Shown here: in pieces, positions 26,643 to 38,810 of the stretch
How positions within the stretch are numbered: the stretch's first letter is position 1
How the letters are laid out: each line of letters starts with the position of its first letter
Assembly (NCBI RefSeq): GCF_009834535.1
Contig: NC_045697.1
Coordinates: 28,708,001 to 28,772,000, forward strand
Length of the DNA stretch: 64,000 nucleotides
DNA from: Camelus ferus
Taxonomy: Eukaryota
Direction of reading: 5' to 3'
Position numbers and translations under genes: made by a program
The notes under the pieces: model-generated
Databases searched by the model: none
Told to the model about the DNA's origin: nothing
The model's input: only the letters and a program-made list of their open reading frames with translations

Positions 26643-26749
26643 CTTAAAAAAAAAGGCAACAAGAAGAAAAAAAAATTAAGGCTTACCAAAGAAAAACTTC
26701 CTAGTTTAAAACAACTATCCCAAATGTAAAAGGATATTCAATTAAGATA

Positions 26750-27105
26750 CATTATATAGAGAGGAAGAAAGACTAAAAATGACAAAAACTTATCACTAGA
26801 AACAACACAAGCCAGAAAAAGATGGAGGAACATCTTTAAAAAGTACTGACAGAGAAAAAAAGAAAGAAAAGAGCCTATTAGCCTAGAATTCATACCATGA
26901 AAATAACTTTCAAAAATGAAGATGAGATAAAGATTTTTTTCAGACATGTAAAAACTGAAAGAATTCTATCAGCAATAGACCTGAACTACAGGAAATGTTA
27001 GAGAAAGACCTTCAGATTAAAGCAAAATAACACCAAATAAAAATCTGCGTATATGCAAAGGAATGAAGAACACCAGATATATGGTAAATGTGTTAGTAAA
27101 TACAA
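26750..27105 (+). mobile_element. Old L1 ORF1 3' fragment
   Basis: gaaacaacacaagccagaaaaagatgg...cctagaattc...ttcaaaaatgaagatgagataaag resembles the ORF1 C-terminus. Confidence 0.65.
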
Positions 27106-27846
27106 ATCAATAAACTCCTCTTTCAAAAGGCAAGCTCTTTATTTACTGATACCTCATTGTGAATTAGTTTAAGCAATTAGGTCAACAATAAAGGTAATCA
27201 GGTCAACAATACACTTACATTTTTTAGATTCAGGAAATAAAAATATTAATATGATCAAAGAAAGATGTGTGTATGTTTAAGTAATAGAGTAAAGAAGTAT
27301 AACTGCAGTGTGAAAGGTGGACAAAGTTTTGGCCCCTATGTTGGATACATCCTGCAGAAAAGTGTGACTATTCAGGGCTCTCCTGTTCAGCAATTTGTCC
27401 TTGGGCAAGCCACCACACTCCTTCTCTGTGCGTGAGTTTCCCTATTTCTATAAGTAAAGAGCAATGCTTATTTATTTATTTTTTTAAGCTCTAAAATGAG
27501 AAGGTATCAAAATTAGTGTGATTAACCACTGAGCTATTATGCATCCCAGCACTCACTAATGGCACTTATTATTTCCACCTCATAATTTAGTACTTCATTA
27601 TATAAGGTCTCATACCATTTGTTTTACAAGAGTCAGCCAATATAATTGATTTCACAATTGAAAATGGTAGTATAAGGACAAAAGCAGTTTTCAGCAACAA
27701 AACTTTTATTTTTCTCTTCATGTTTCTTCTGAGGAAAACATTTTCTTTTAACTCTAAAAGATCTTAGTGTACATGCATAGTACATGATACTTCAATATGC
27801 ACAGCAAGAAAAAGAAACAAACAAAAATGCTTTAAAAATAACTTAC

Positions 27847-27944
27847 TTGATCACTGAGAAGAGAGTCCTAAAAAGCTGAATAAAAATTTCATTGCAATCT
27901 TCCAATTCAAAGCAGATGTTATATGACTTAACCCAAGCTAAATT
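27847..27944 (-). CDS. PDS5A: PDS5A exon 5 (98 nt): [32 protein letters not shown](N)
   Basis: tttaag|AAT acceptor, AA|gtaagt donor (phase 2). Confidence 0.97.
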
Positions 27945-28482
27945 CTTAAATAAATAAATAGAAATTATTACATATACACGAAAGTTATACAAAGCAAACT
28001 CATTAAAAATTTTAATTTTTAGAATTATAAATCTATATCAAAGCTTAAAAAGGCTCAACATATAAAATTACAATTGTTTAAATAGTCGTGTACTCTGACC
28101 TTCAAAAAGAGATGTATCTGTTGGCATTAACCTTCTCTAATTGAAAAACACCGAATTGTTAAAGGTTGGTAAGACACATACATACAAAACATATGGAGCA
28201 GTGAAATTTAATTCAACTTAATCTCTCTGGGGATTAGAAAAGAATAAAAACAGAAAGATGAGAACAAAGTTTCATATACTGTAACAGTTTTTCCAGTGGA
28301 CTATGCTTTCTCTTTTTAGGACAGGAGGAACAACGACAAAAAGATTGTAAATGATTATTTTCTCTAGTGGGCTTCTTATAAAGCAAACAAACAAATAAGA
28401 TTCATTTTACATTATAAAGTTACTATAAAGAATTTTCTACTACATAAAATAGTGTGATATTTATTAAATTAAATGTTTTTAC

Positions 28483-28569
28483 CTCTAATAAATAAAAGTA
28501 TCTATTAAACTGTGGGCTCTTTGTATCCTCCAAACCTTTTAATTGTCTGGTGATAAACAAAAATATGTC
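28483..28569 (-). CDS. PDS5A: PDS5A exon 4 (87 nt): [29 protein letters not shown]
   Basis: Manual translation; acag|GAC acceptor, GAG|gtaaaa donor; in frame with exon 3. Confidence 0.97.
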
Positions 28570-29582
28570 CTGTTTAAAAAAAAAAGACAAAATATATTAA
28601 TTTAGACACAAATACTTATTATTTTCACAGTACACTAACAGACTGTATATATACATATATATGTATATATATACAATATATATGTATAACAAACTCCAAT
28701 AAAAGAAAATTCTCCGTTAGCTAAATGACTTGGGACTAGCCTAGTCCATTATTCAAAATATCTAGAAAAGAGCAAATCACATAAAATTACATTCCTTAGA
28801 AACAAAAATAAAGATTATTACTGCCACAAATCTTTAGGCTTTCTCATTCTGAGAGAACCATACATTCTACATCTTGTTACCCTTTCTAGTACAGAACTTT
28901 CAGTTTAAATCACTATCTTCATCTTGTGTCATGGCAATTATCTTCAGTTTAAGGACCTGGATATGATTCTTTTCATTACCATTTCCTACACATAAATAAT
29001 TTTCAGCACCTAGTTTTGAGTTTGATACGTGACTACAAAGTTGTGTGGAACAAAAGCAATATGATAAAGTGGTCTAAGTGTGCTTTTCACAATAGTGCTC
29101 CATTTCTAAATAAATTTTTTTAGAAGTTTTAACCCAAAATAATATCAATATGGAATAAAGTGATTTTAGGACTATTTAAAAGAAAGCAGTCCAAAGGATT
29201 AAAATTGCCAAGAATAAAAGTATTCAAAATATAAAATCAGCTCAAGAGATCAATTCAAAAGAGGAATTCCTAAAACATTTCAAACAAAGGCAGAACCACC
29301 AAGATGAGCATATAGTTTTACGTGTAGAATAACTTGGAGAAGAAAACAGTCATTGGATTATGAAAATTGTTATACTGTTGTTTTAAAAAGTGCCATTCAT
29401 GCACAATGCCCATCAATTCAGCCATTTGGGCTGTGAGACAGGTTATCCTGAAGGTTAGAATAAATAATTTGTTTTAGAACTTATTATCTTCTTATGATAA
29501 GATGATTGATGTGAAACCTGTGTTCCTAAGGGTAGTAAGCTAAACTATAAAAGTAAATCAATTCTATAAAGATTGTATTTAC

Positions 29583-29786
29583 CTTAAGTTTATCGTGGGA
29601 AGTATATGGAGCTTCTGGGGCATAGATTCTAAAGATGTCAGCCAAACAACATGCTACAAGGAGACGCACATCTTTATTGGGATTCCTGAGAAAAAATTCA
29701 GATGCTAGATGCAAGGCTAGTGGGAGATACTGCTGTTTTTCATCTTCTGAGTCCTGATCCATATCCATAAAAGTTTTTACTACCAT
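29583..29786 (-). CDS. PDS5A: PDS5A exon 3 (204 nt, phase 0-0): [68 protein letters not shown]; includes the APEAP loop
   Basis: Within ORF 29526..29819(-). Acceptor ttttgcag at 29787-88; donor AAG|gtaaat at 29581-82. Confidence 0.98.
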
Positions 29787-29855
29787 CTGCAAAAATGTGT
29801 AAAAGGAAAATATAATCAACTCCTGGTATTTAGAAACCAGAAGGAGAGATATATA

Positions 29856-29860
<5 letters not shown>

Positions 29861-29898
<38 letters not shown>
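29861..29898. repeat. (AT)19 microsatellite about 75 bp upstream of the exon 3 acceptor
   Basis: Read directly from the sequence. Confidence 0.95.
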
Positions 29899-29900
<2 letters not shown>

Positions 29901-29989
29901 TCTCCATTACAACACAAACTAGCAATCAGTTACTATCAGAGGATTCACAATTAATTTTCATAAATCTTCATTTAAGAATCTGACTAAAG

Positions 29990-30125
29990 TGAGGGAGGGT
30001 ATATATAGCTCAAGCAGTAGAGTGCATGTTTAGCATACAGGAAGTCCTGGGTTCAATCCCCAGTACCTCCTCTAAAAATTAAAACAAAACAAAAGAAAAC
30101 ACTTAATTACCTCTCCTCCCAGAAA
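29990..30125 (+). mobile_element. tRNA-derived SINE (vic-1-like), first of a tandem pair
   Basis: gagggagggtatatatagctcaagcagtagag...gggttcaatccccagtacctcc; TSD 29974-89 / 30126-41. Confidence 0.9.
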
Positions 30126-30141
30126 AAGAATTTGAGTAAAG

Positions 30142-30298
30142 CGGGGAGGCTATAGCTTAGTGGTAGAGTGTGTGCTTAGCATGTAGGAGATACTAGGTTC
30201 GATCGCCAGTGCCTCCATTAAAAAAATAAATAAATAAACCTAATTACCTCCTCCACAAAACAAAACAAAACAAAACAAAACAAAACAAAACAAAACAA
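30142..30298 (+). mobile_element. tRNA-derived SINE (vic-1-like), second of the pair, with (CAAAA)9 tail
   Basis: ggggaggctatagcttagtggtagag...ggttcgatc; perfect TSD aagaatttgagtaaag at 30126-41 and 30299-314. Confidence 0.9.
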
Positions 30299-32169
30299 AA
30301 GAATTTGAGTAAAGACTACAAGCATGGACAAGTATCAATTTCTGGATTACTCATAAATATATTGTCTGCACTGTTCCAGATTTATGAAAAACTTAATCTC
30401 ATTATTAATTTTATATCTAGCCCAAGGAAAAAAGTTCTTGGCTTCATGTGCACAACCAAACTCATCTGATATTTTGCACTATCATCAATAATGCTTCTTT
30501 TATACAGTATGACTGTAAATCACTATCCCTTATGGGCATAAATACAAACATCAGGAATGACATCTTAAAAAACAAAATTTGGTGTTTTTGTTATAAATGG
30601 CTTTGTACCCATATATAGCCTGGAGGTGGGGAGAGAGGAAGGAGCAGTAAAAGTGGAAACTGCCGACATCTGGAGAATACAGGAGTTCTCTGTATTATTC
30701 TTGCAACTTTTCTCAATCTGAAATTATATATCAAAATAAAAAGTCAAAATTAAAAAAGAATATATTAACCATATAATATGGGGCAAACATACATATATTA
30801 ATAATTGAAATGAAAGCTCACCAAACAGGACTTGTCTTTTCAAAAAAAGTTTTATCAAATGAAGTTCAAAACTAATTGGGGGAGGGGAGGATGTATTTTT
30901 CTTTTGCTGATTTTAATGGAACACATTTATCTGCATCATTAGCTTGATATATAGATGTTAATGGTACGGAAATAAAATCGTATTTATAAAGTATTCTAAT
31001 TCTACTTTAAAAACTTTTAACAGAAGTGCATAAGAGACAGTGATTTACAGTCATCCACATCTGTGTTGTTTTTCCCAGGATAAGCCACTCGTACTACACT
31101 AGTCTATATTTTATGACAATGTGTGTGGTGCATTCCTTTCTGAAAGTTTCTGAATTCCTTTCTGAATCCTATACAATTCCTAAGGACCAGATGTTCTTTT
31201 TAAATTATTACTTTTTACCACACTAGTATTACTTCACCCAGAGCTTTATTTCTTTTAATATGTTTTATGTTTATTCCACTTGATTGAAACATTAATTAAC
31301 ATGTAGCTGAGAAAAATTGTTCCCCAGTTTTAGAAGATGTTTCTTTCACCTTACTTTTGTCAGAAAAAGAATTTTTATCTGTTTTGTTAACAGCTGTATC
31401 CTCAATGATTAGAACAGGACAAACACAAAGTAACCATGCAAACTTTTTTTTTTGGAAAGAACATTAAAATTAATAAAAATCTACTTTGATAATATACATT
31501 ATATATATTTTTAAAAATTGACCCATATGTCCCTACCATTCTGGCAAAAAATTTCATCAGTTCTAGATAATCAACGAGTACATAACTTCTGTTGGGTAGA
31601 AATTTATTTAGAATATTTAAGTAAATATATTCTGAAACATGGGTCTATAGCAGAGGACACAACTCGAAGGGAGGGACAGGGAAATAATGATCGGGGAGAA
31701 ATGAAGAGTAGTCATGCCTCATCCAAAGAAAGAGCTGGCTTCAACTAATTGTTGCCAGATGACAATGCAGATTTAGTACTGCAACATCACTGTTGATCAG
31801 GACACAATAAAATTTTAAGTGAAACTATCTGATTTGAGAATTTCAGCAACTCCAAAAAGTTCATACTATTGTGAGGGACAAGCAAAACATATCTGTGCAG
31901 TCCTCAAATCAACAATTTGCAAATTCTTAGACACATTTCAAAGGAAAAATGTCAGCATAGCCATCATTTCAGGTAGTGGAATTATTCTGAAAAGCTGTTT
32001 CCCCACTTCTTTTGTACTTAAATAGAAATACAAGTTTTAACTAGGTAAAAAAATTATGAAGAAAATGTCCAATAAACTGAACATCATTAAAATCTAGAAG
32101 GCCTTCAAAATGTTAATGAAGATTTTACAGTATACATTCCTCAAACATACTACAGAAAATATCATTTAA

Positions 32170-32800
32170 TTAAAGTTTTCCACACTAAAAAGTAATGATA
32201 AAGACAGACTTTAGAACCTGCAAAAAAATTAATTCCCAGTGGAATAAAAGTCAAAATTTGAAAGGGACATCTAAGAAACTTTTAAAAAATAAAGAGAATA
32301 TCTTTATGATGTGGAGTAGGAAGAATTTCTTAAATCAAGACACAAAAGCACTAACTATAGATTGATCCTTTCTGGAAAATTAAAATTAATGTGCGTTCAT
32401 CAAAAGATACACTAAAATTTTTTAAAGCCATGCCAGTGAGGCTCACAGTGAAATAGAATGTGACAATGAATGTATGTATGTTCATGTACAGCTGAAAAAT
32501 TGTGCTCCACACTGGAATTTGACACAACAGTGTAAAATGACTATAACTCAATAAAAAAAAGTTAAAAAAAAAAAAAGCCATGCCAGTGAATGAGAGCCAA
32601 TGAATATTTGGTACAGGCATAACCAATAAAGAATCTATCTAGTATATATAAAGAACTCCTAGAATTCAATAAGAAAAACTCTATTGTAAAAGTGATACAT
32701 GACTTGCTAGACTAAGCACTTTTTGAAAGAAACTCGAATAGTCAATATAGTGGAGGACGAAATCTCTTTGGTGGTCAAGGAAATGTAAAGTAGAACATTG
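32170..32800 (+). mobile_element. Old L1 (L1ME-type) ORF2 fragment, interrupted by a young L1 end
   Basis: aattaattcccagtgga...tttcttaaatcaagacacaaaagcactaac...aaagaactcctagaattcaataagaaaaa. Confidence 0.6.
32440..32573 (+). mobile_element. Very short (134 bp) young camelid-type L1 3' end
   Basis: Ends ctataactcaataaa plus poly(A); perfect 16-bp TSD aaagccatgccagtga (32424-39, 32574-89). Confidence 0.9.
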
Positions 32801-35345
32801 GTAAGAGAACTGGTATCTTAATAATACTGAATTCTCTGATCCATGAATATGGTATATGTCTCCACTGATTTAGGTTTTTCTCTTCTAGACTGACTGAATA
32901 CTAGGACAAGCATTGCATCTTTCTGGAAGGATGCTCTCTATGTTCCCACACGTGGTTTGCACACTTCTGCCACAATGCTTATCTTGCTACACTCTGCTTT
33001 CTTATTTATCGTCTCTGCTACGGCCGCAGCTGCACCTTGTTTATTTTTGTATTTTCAGCACAAAGAGTTGGGTTTGGCATACACATAATAAAAGTTTGTT
33101 GAGTGGTGAAAAAAATGGGGAAAATTTTCCAGCATTGTTTTGTAGTTTTCAATGTACTGGTCTTGTATATTTTTTTTACTCCATTTTACCTATTTGGATG
33201 CTACTGTGAATTAAAAAAAAAAAAAATCCTTTTTCCACTCCTTGTTGGTTCCTAATACACAGATGCAGAATTTTTACATACTGAGCCCGTTACATTGCTA
33301 CACAGCTTTATTAGTTCTTGTAGCTGGTTTATGCATTTCTCAAAATTTTCTATAAGCACAGTATCATTTGCAAATAAGGACAGTTTTATTTGTTTTTTCT
33401 AATCTGTGTGACAATTTCTCTTCCTTACTGTACTAGCAAAGCTATCACAAAAGTGAGAGCAGACAGTTCTGTCCCTTTTGAGATCTTAGGAAGCATTTGG
33501 TCTTTCACCAGTAAGTATTATGTTAAATGGGGTTTTCTGTAGATGCCTTTTTATCAGGTTGAGAAAGTTTTATCTCCTATCCCTAATGTGCTGTTAGTTT
33601 TCTACTGAAATAATCTGGTTTTCTCAATTTATGCTGGTGTTAAGATGTTGACATAAATTGATTAATTTTCAAATACTAAACCAAATATGCACTCCTGGAA
33701 CAAACCTGACATGGTAGTCACTGGGGGTCACTGTGTTTTATGTATAGTTCTCCCTTCTCTCTTCTATTTTTGGCTTGTTTTTGTTTGGCTGGCTGGATCT
33801 GCTGTGCTAATACTTTGTTGTTCAGTAAGTCTCTTGGTCTGTAGATTGCTTACAATGTGTGTTTTGTTTTGGTATCAAGATAATACTATAAAGTGAGCTG
33901 GAAGTGTTCACTCTTCCTATTTTCTCAGTTTGTGTAGGACTAATACAACCTTTTCCTTAAGTGTTTAATAGAATTCATCAATGAAGTCACTTGGGTCTTT
34001 ATTTGTGGGAAAGTTTTTAGCTGCAAATCCAGCTTTTAAAATCATTATAAGGCTATCAGACTTTCTATTTTATCCTAGGTCAGTTTGGTAATTTGCATTT
34101 TTCCAGGAATGTATCTATTTCATTTAGGATATTGAATTTACTGGCATAAGCTTGCTTATAATATGCTTTTATTATCCTTTTAATGTCTATAAAATCTGTA
34201 CTAATGTCTCTTCTCTTTTTTTAACTGATGTTGCTAATTTATGTATTCTTTTTCTTGATTGTTCTATCGCAGTGGTCTCAAAGAGGAATGAATTTGCCAC
34301 CCACCACTAGGGGATACCTGATGATGTCTAGAGACATTCTTAGTTGTCACAACTGGGAGAAGGGGTTCTATGAGCATCTAGGCAGTAGAGACCAGGGATG
34401 TAGCTAAACATCATACAATATATAGGACAGCTCCCTACACCAATTACCAGGCTGAAGTAGTCAACAGAGCCAGTGATAAGAAACTTGATCTAACAAGGGT
34501 TTTGCCAATTTTATTCTTTTCAAAGAACCAACTTTTGGCATAACCAGTTTCTCTATTGTTCATGCATTTCCTATATGATTGATTTCTATTATCTGTAATA
34601 TGTCCTGCTTTTGACTTTCTTTTAGGTTTAATCTGTTCTTTTTCTAGGTTCTGAGGGTAGGAGCTTATCAATGATTCTAGACAATTCTAACGTAAACATC
34701 TGAAAGCTTATCAAAATAAATTTCTCAATAAGCACTGCTGTGAATTTTGATATATTCACTAAGTTCAAAATATTTTCTAATTTTCCTTGTAATTTCTTCC
34801 TTTATTCATGTGTGACTTAAAATATACTGTTTAATTTCTATATGGGGTATTTTCTAGACACCTTTTATTAATTTCTCATTTAACTCCCTGTGATCATACT
34901 ACCTCTGTATGTATTGAGATTTGTTTAGTGGCCCACCATATGGTCTATCTATCTTGGTGAATGATTCATGTACACTTAAAAAGAATATGTATTTCTGCTA
35001 CTGTTTAACAGAATGTCAGTTAGGTCAAGTGCACTGGTACATTAACTCTTCTATGATCCTACTGATTTCTGCCTACTTGTTCAATCAATCACTGACAGAG
35101 AAGTGTTGAAAGTTCTATGTATAATTGTGCATTTTAAAAACTTCTCAGCTATGTACAATTGTGCATTTTTTAAATTTCTCAGCTATGTGGAAGCTGTTAT
35201 TAGGTACATATTGCTATATTTTCTTAACGCAGTGATCTCTTTATCTTTATGAAATATCTTGTTCTAAAGTCCACTTTGAAGTACTGCCACTAGAATTTGT
35301 GATTTGCATTAGCATGGTATATCTTCTTCTAATCCTTTTATTTTT
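32800..35345 (-). mobile_element. Highly diverged old L1 ORF2 remnants
   Basis: Antisense L1 motifs (gatccatgaatatggtatatgtctcca, tttatcaggttgagaaagtt, tcaaagaaccaacttttgg = KSWFFE). Confidence 0.7.
34270..34487 (+). mobile_element. MER20 hAT-Charlie MITE inside the old L1
   Basis: cagtggtctcaa...atgtctagagacattcttagttgtcacaactggg...ccagggatgtagctaaacatc...aggacagc. Confidence 0.85.
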
Positions 35346-35704
35346 TTCTGAAGAACAGGATTACTGAAGTATAAATTACCTAAAACTCACTTCTTAGTGT
35401 CCTATTCTATGAATTTTGACAAATACACAGTTGCATAAAAATCCCCACAATCAAGACACAGACTATTTCTGTAACACTAAAAAGTTGCCTTGTGTCTCTT
35501 TGAAGTCAATTTTCAACTTCTTCCTTACCCCCTGGCAACTCCAGATCTGTGCTATTTTTATAGTTTTGCTTTTTCCAGAATGTCACATAAGTGGAATTAC
35601 ATAGTACATTGCTCTTTGGATCTAGCCACATTCACTAAGCATAAGGCATCTGAGATACATGCACTTTGCATATATTAGTAATTCATTAGTAATTCATCCA
35701 TTCA

Positions 35705-36803
35705 TTTTTTTTTTTTAAATAGATGGAAAGTGTTTTCTTTCTTTTTTGCCCTGCCTTTTCACAAAAACTAAGTCGTCTACCATAGTGAGTGTTTGGAGTT
35801 GGGTCACAGAAATCATTAGCACTAGAATTTGGGGAAGGTGATATTCACCAGTGATCCCACAAGACAGGTCACCTATAAGTGCCACAGATTTGTGCCCTGG
35901 TTTATTTTAATTTAATTTAATTTAATTAAATTTTTTTTTACAGCATAGTGGTTAGTTTATTGTTTACAAGTTTTTAAAGATTTTTTTATTGAGTTACAGT
36001 CAGTTTACAATGTTGTGTCAATTTCCAGTGTTGAGCACAATTTTTCAGTTATACATGAACATACATATATTCACTGTTGCATTCTTTTTCACTGTGAGCT
36101 ACCACAAGATCTTGTATATATGTCCCTGTGCTATACAGTATAATTTTGTTTATCTATTCTACATATGCCTGTTGGTATCTACAAATTTCGAACTCCCAGT
36201 CTGTCCCTTCCTGCCCCCTGCCCCCTTGGCAACCACAAGTTTGTATTCTATGTCTACGAGTCTGTTTCTGCTTTGCATTTATGTTCTTTTTTTTTTTTTT
36301 TATTCCACATATAAGTGATCTCATATGGTATTTTTTTTTTCTCTTTCTGGCTTACTTCACTTAGAATAACATTCTCCAGGAACATCCATGTTGCTGCAAA
36401 TGGTGTTATGTTGTCATTTTTATGGCTGAATAGTATTCCATTGTATAAATACACCATATCTTCTTTATCCAGTCATCTGTCGATGGACATTTAGGCTGTT
36501 TCCATCTCCTAGCTATTGTAAATAGTGCTGCTATGAACATTGGGGTGCAGGTGTCTTTTTGAAGTAGGGTTCCTTCTGGATATACACCCAGGAGCAGGAT
36601 GACTGGGTCATATGGTAAGTCTATGCCTAGTCTTTTGAGGAATCTCCATACTGTTTTCCACAGTGACTGCACCAAAATGCATTCCCACCAGCAGTGTAGG
36701 AAGGTTCCCTTTTCTCCACAGTTTCTCCAGTATTTGTCATTTGTGGACTTTTGTATGATGGCCATTCTGGCTGGTGTGAGGTGATACCTCATTATAGTTT
36801 TGA
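35705..36803 (-). mobile_element. Young camelid-type L1 (about 820 bp, 35985-36803) plus 3'-transduced sequence (35705-35980), inserted in an older L1 3' end
   Basis: ORF 36406..36813(-) is the ORF2 C-terminus (HCWWEC, CTPMFIAALFTIA, WKQPKCPS); flanking repeat agtaattcat at 35688 and 36804. Confidence 0.85.
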
Positions 36804-37007
36804 AGTAATTCATGCCTTTTAACTACTGAGAAGTATTCCATTGGGAATATAGTGTAATACCATTGTGTTCAGAGCCAAAAAAGCCAGACACACATGGGGA
36901 GCAGGGTGTATTAAAAGGGACTGAGGGAAACATAAGGGGGTGATAGATATGTTCATTTTCTTCAATGTGATGATGGTTTTAAGGATGTATGTCAAAACTT
37001 GTCAAAC

Positions 37008-37715
37008 TGTTATGCCCTGACAGCAACTCTCTGACACCAAATGGGTATACTACATTTCAATTCAATTCTGACAGTAACTACCTAGAGTGAGCAAAGACCC
37101 CATAAGTTAAAGCGCAAAGTTCTTCACAAAACTCCCCCAACTTCAGATGCCACCTGCAAGTCCTGAAGGCCACCTGAATTTGTGACAAGCCAGCTATAAC
37201 TTTAGGGCTTCCTACAATACCGTCAGATTCAATAATTTGCTATAACAACTCACAGAATTCACTGAAAGTACTATACTTATGATTACTGGTTTATTATAAA
37301 GGATACAACTCAGGCACAGTCAAATAGAAGAGATATGTAGGTCAAGATCTTGGGGGAGAGAAAAGGAGATGAAATTTCATGCCCTATTGTGATGGTTCGG
37401 ACAGAACAACCTCCTGACACATCAATGAGTTCACTAACTAGGAAGCTCCTCTGAGCCTTGGTGTTCAAAGGTTTACTGGGGCTTCATTATGTGGGAATGA
37501 TTGATTAGGTCATTATCATTTGATGGACCCTCCTGCCCCCTCAGTAGGCTAAAAATTCCAACTCTCCAACTTTTCTGGTGGCTAGCACCTTCCTCTAGAG
37601 GCCAAGAGTCACCTCATTAACATAACAAAGACACTCCCATCACTCAGGAAGTTGCAAGGGTTTTTTAAGCTCTGAACTAAGAACTGGTAACTAAGATTAG
37701 ATATATTATTATATA
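37008..37715 (-). mobile_element. MER21-like ERVL LTR
   Basis: ttcaattcaattctgaca, cttcagatgcca, ggtttattataaaggata, ggcttcattatgtgggaatgattgatta, cacctcattaacataacaaagacactc match recalled MER21. Confidence 0.8.
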
Positions 37716-38289
37716 GTATACTTTAAATACTGTATTTCAATTATAACTCAAAATAGCTGTTTTTTAAAAAAATCATTGCCTTAGGGAAAAGGGGGAAAGT
37801 AAAAGAACTTTAAAACTCCTTCACTAGTAAAAATTAAATTAACTTTTAAAGTCCAACATAGTAAATGAAAATTCTCATTCACTGTTAAGTTAGAATGTAA
37901 ATTGGTACAACCACTTTGGTGTTGTCAGTGAAGCAAAAGATATGCATATTCAATGACCCAATAATTTCGCCTCTCAATACCCTAAAGTAACTTGTACATG
38001 TACAATAGAATATGCATAAAACAAGTACATTCACAGCAATGTTGCTTATACAAGCCAAACTAGAAGTAAAATGTCAACAGAAGACTGAATAAGTAGTACA
38101 ATAGAGAACTTCTTATACAGTGATAAAAAATAATTGAAAAACAGATAAAAGCAAAATAACGTGAATAAAGCTCAAACATAATATTGAAAAAGATGCATAC
38201 AAGGTGCCATGCAGTATGATTAAATACATTTAAATATAAAACTAAAACTAGAAATTCTAAGTCTACCTAAAACACATTCTAATTTTGAG

Positions 38290-38810
38290 ACTGTGCTCAT
38301 ATTAAAGCAACTTTTGGGCCTAAAGCTCAAAGTTCAAATGACTTTGTTGGGCCAACTGACATCCTTCAAAGTCCAATGACCCCCATTCCTGGGCTCTCAG
38401 ATGTCTCCCTGTGATCCCTCAATAGATACATTCTTTATTGGACATGTTTCCCCTAACAAACTAATAGCCCTAACCAATGCTTACTCTCACAATAGTTCAG
38501 GCTGGCTTGTTTCAGCCCACCTTACCAGAGTCAAACCTCACCACCCTTCATGGACCCTAAACCTCTTACCTCACCTACAACCAATCAGAGACTTGTGCAC
38601 AAGCCAATCAGGCACCTTGTGACCCGACCTTATAAAAGACCCCAACAACTGGCCCTCAGTGCTCACACAGGCACCTCTCATCTGTGTGGCTTGCTGCTGC
38701 CTATAGCAGTGTACCTTAATAAACTCCTTTTCTATTCTCACACTTTATCTCTGGTAAATTCTTTTACCAACCCGCGTTGTCACTTGGCTGCCCCATTGTG
38801 GCCCACAACA
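38290..38810 (+). mobile_element. Solo ERV LTR (family not identified; 5' boundary uncertain)
   Basis: CCAAT boxes (38474, 38581, 38604), TATAAAA (38631), AATAAA (38718), ctggtaaattcttttacc, terminal ...ACA; GC-richer than flanks. Confidence 0.7.

Noticed and set aside
35113..35190. 34-bp tandem duplication (similar ones at 40608-40656 and 48097-48118)
   Set aside because: Two-copy slippage duplications, mostly within or beside decayed repeats; no array or spacer structure and not CRISPR-like.
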